A DNA stretch of 44,220 nucleotides from a virus (taxonomy: Duplodnaviria; Caudoviricetes), in the IMG/VR virus record IMGVR_UViG_3300017644_000118, positions 1-44,220 of that record. One strand, given 5' to 3'. Positions 43,418 to 44,220 of this stretch are shown here, piece by piece; the stretch's first letter is position 1; every line of letters begins with the position of its first letter. Under the pieces are notes generated by a model. That model was not told the origin of the DNA, ran no database searches, and worked only from the letters and a program-made list of their open reading frames with translations. The translations under genes and the position numbers were made by a program.

Positions 43418-44220
43418 ACGCGGTGACGGATTACATCGCCGCAACCCATAATGAGCGCTTTATAGAGCCGATCGTTGAAAGGATCGGCCATTACCGTTTG
43501 GTAGACATTGATCAGCAGTTAATTGATACGACGGCAATTGCCCTCTACCCGAACGCGAGTGCAGCGACACGCAACAGGCAGGTCTACACGGTTATATCGG
43601 CCATTTTAAAGCATGCAGGTCTTAACCAGCAATGGAAGCGCCCTAAAGGCTCCCGCGGTCAGATGAAGACTGATTGGATGACGGACAAGCAGGCGTTCAA
43701 GATTCTCGACGCCGCATACAAGAAGGATGCTGAGTTCGGAATATTCCTGCATACCCTTCTCTATACCGGCATGCGGCTCAGTGAGCTAACAACGCTCGAA
43801 ATTTCCAGGCTGGATTTGACCGAAGGAATGGCATACCTGCCAGCAACGAAGAATGGGAAGCCCAGAGCGGTTCACCTGCCGCCTACTGTGGTTGCGGCTA
43901 TTGCGAATCATCCGCGTGGGCTTGATCGAGAAGGAAAGCTATTCCGGTTCAGAAAGTCAGGACGACTTTACACATGGCTGGAAGAAGTGAAAACGAAAGC
44001 TGGCCCCGACGTGGACTTTGTGACGTTCCACGTTTTCCGGCACACATGGGCTACGTGGATGCGAAAATACGGGGGATTGGACGTGCGTGGGTTGGTGGGA
44101 ACTGGCGCTTGGACAGATATGGCATCGGCAGCCAGATACGCGCACGTGGTGGCAACGGATGAGGCGAAGCGCTCGAATCTCTTGCCAGTGTCAAAGAAGC
44201 TGGAACGGAAGAAGAACTAA
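43225..44220 (+). CDS. int: Tyrosine recombinase/integrase
   Basis: TGMRLSE (R), TKNG (K), HVFRHT (HxxR), GAW, ARYAH (Y). Confidence 0.96.
   Translation: MPLKLIPPRAGKSPYYYVRGTHFGVTMDRSTKTTDKATAAKLLKLWKEEIEAGVFRKPGEPTFLDAVTDYIAATHNERFIEPIVERIGHYRLVDIDQQLIDTTAIALYPNASAATRNRQVYTVISAILKHAGLNQQWKRPKGSRGQMKTDWMTDKQAFKILDAAYKKDAEFGIFLHTLLYTGMRLSELTTLEISRLDLTEGMAYLPATKNGKPRAVHLPPTVVAAIANHPRGLDREGKLFRFRKSGRLYTWLEEVKTKAGPDVDFVTFHVFRHTWATWMRKYGGLDVRGLVGTGAWTDMASAARYAHVVATDEAKRSNLLPVSKKLERKKN

Larger units (their letters stand above)
1..44220. mobile_element. Temperate siphovirus-like prophage, near complete; att sites outside the window or not identified
   Basis: Ordered modules for lysis, tail, head, terminase, replication, CI/Cro switch, recombination and xis/int. 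Confidence 0.95.

Noticed and set aside
1-44220. CRISPR array or IS element
   Set aside because: No regularly spaced direct repeats and no transposase motifs found by eye
43225-44220. attL/attR core repeats
   Set aside because: The window ends at the integrase stop codon; no matching direct repeat was identified

Overview
The window is essentially one near-complete temperate siphovirus-type prophage. The host is probably an alphaproteobacterium (Rhizobiales/Brucellaceae-like), inferred from protein families and a GAAC-N7-GAAC LexA box. From left to right it holds: an accessory region (SAM methyltransferase, DUF982 remnant, NepR-like ORF, cold-shock protein; 1-3400); a lysis cassette (3468-4915); tail, neck, head and terminase genes on the minus strand (5455-26539); a small-gene cluster and a ~550-nt array of tRNA-like structured elements at the start of the late operon (26576-28330); a late regulator, replication, RusA and DNA methyltransferase genes (minus); a Cro/CI switch with TRCACG-N6-CGTGYA operators; and a plus-strand early operon (RecT-like, HNH nucleases, small ORFs) ending in xis/int at the window edge. 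The att sites are not visible. The most unusual signals are: (1) an array of up to five tRNA mimics, none with a normal anticodon arm; (2) a Tat-signal mini-protein whose C-terminus resembles the C-terminal tip of the phage's own central tail protein; (3) a NepR-like anti-sigma ORF behind an EcfG-type promoter; (4) a repressor without a peptidase domain next to a LexA-boxed small gene. All calls come from manual motif reading and base-pairing by eye; no database search or folding program was run.
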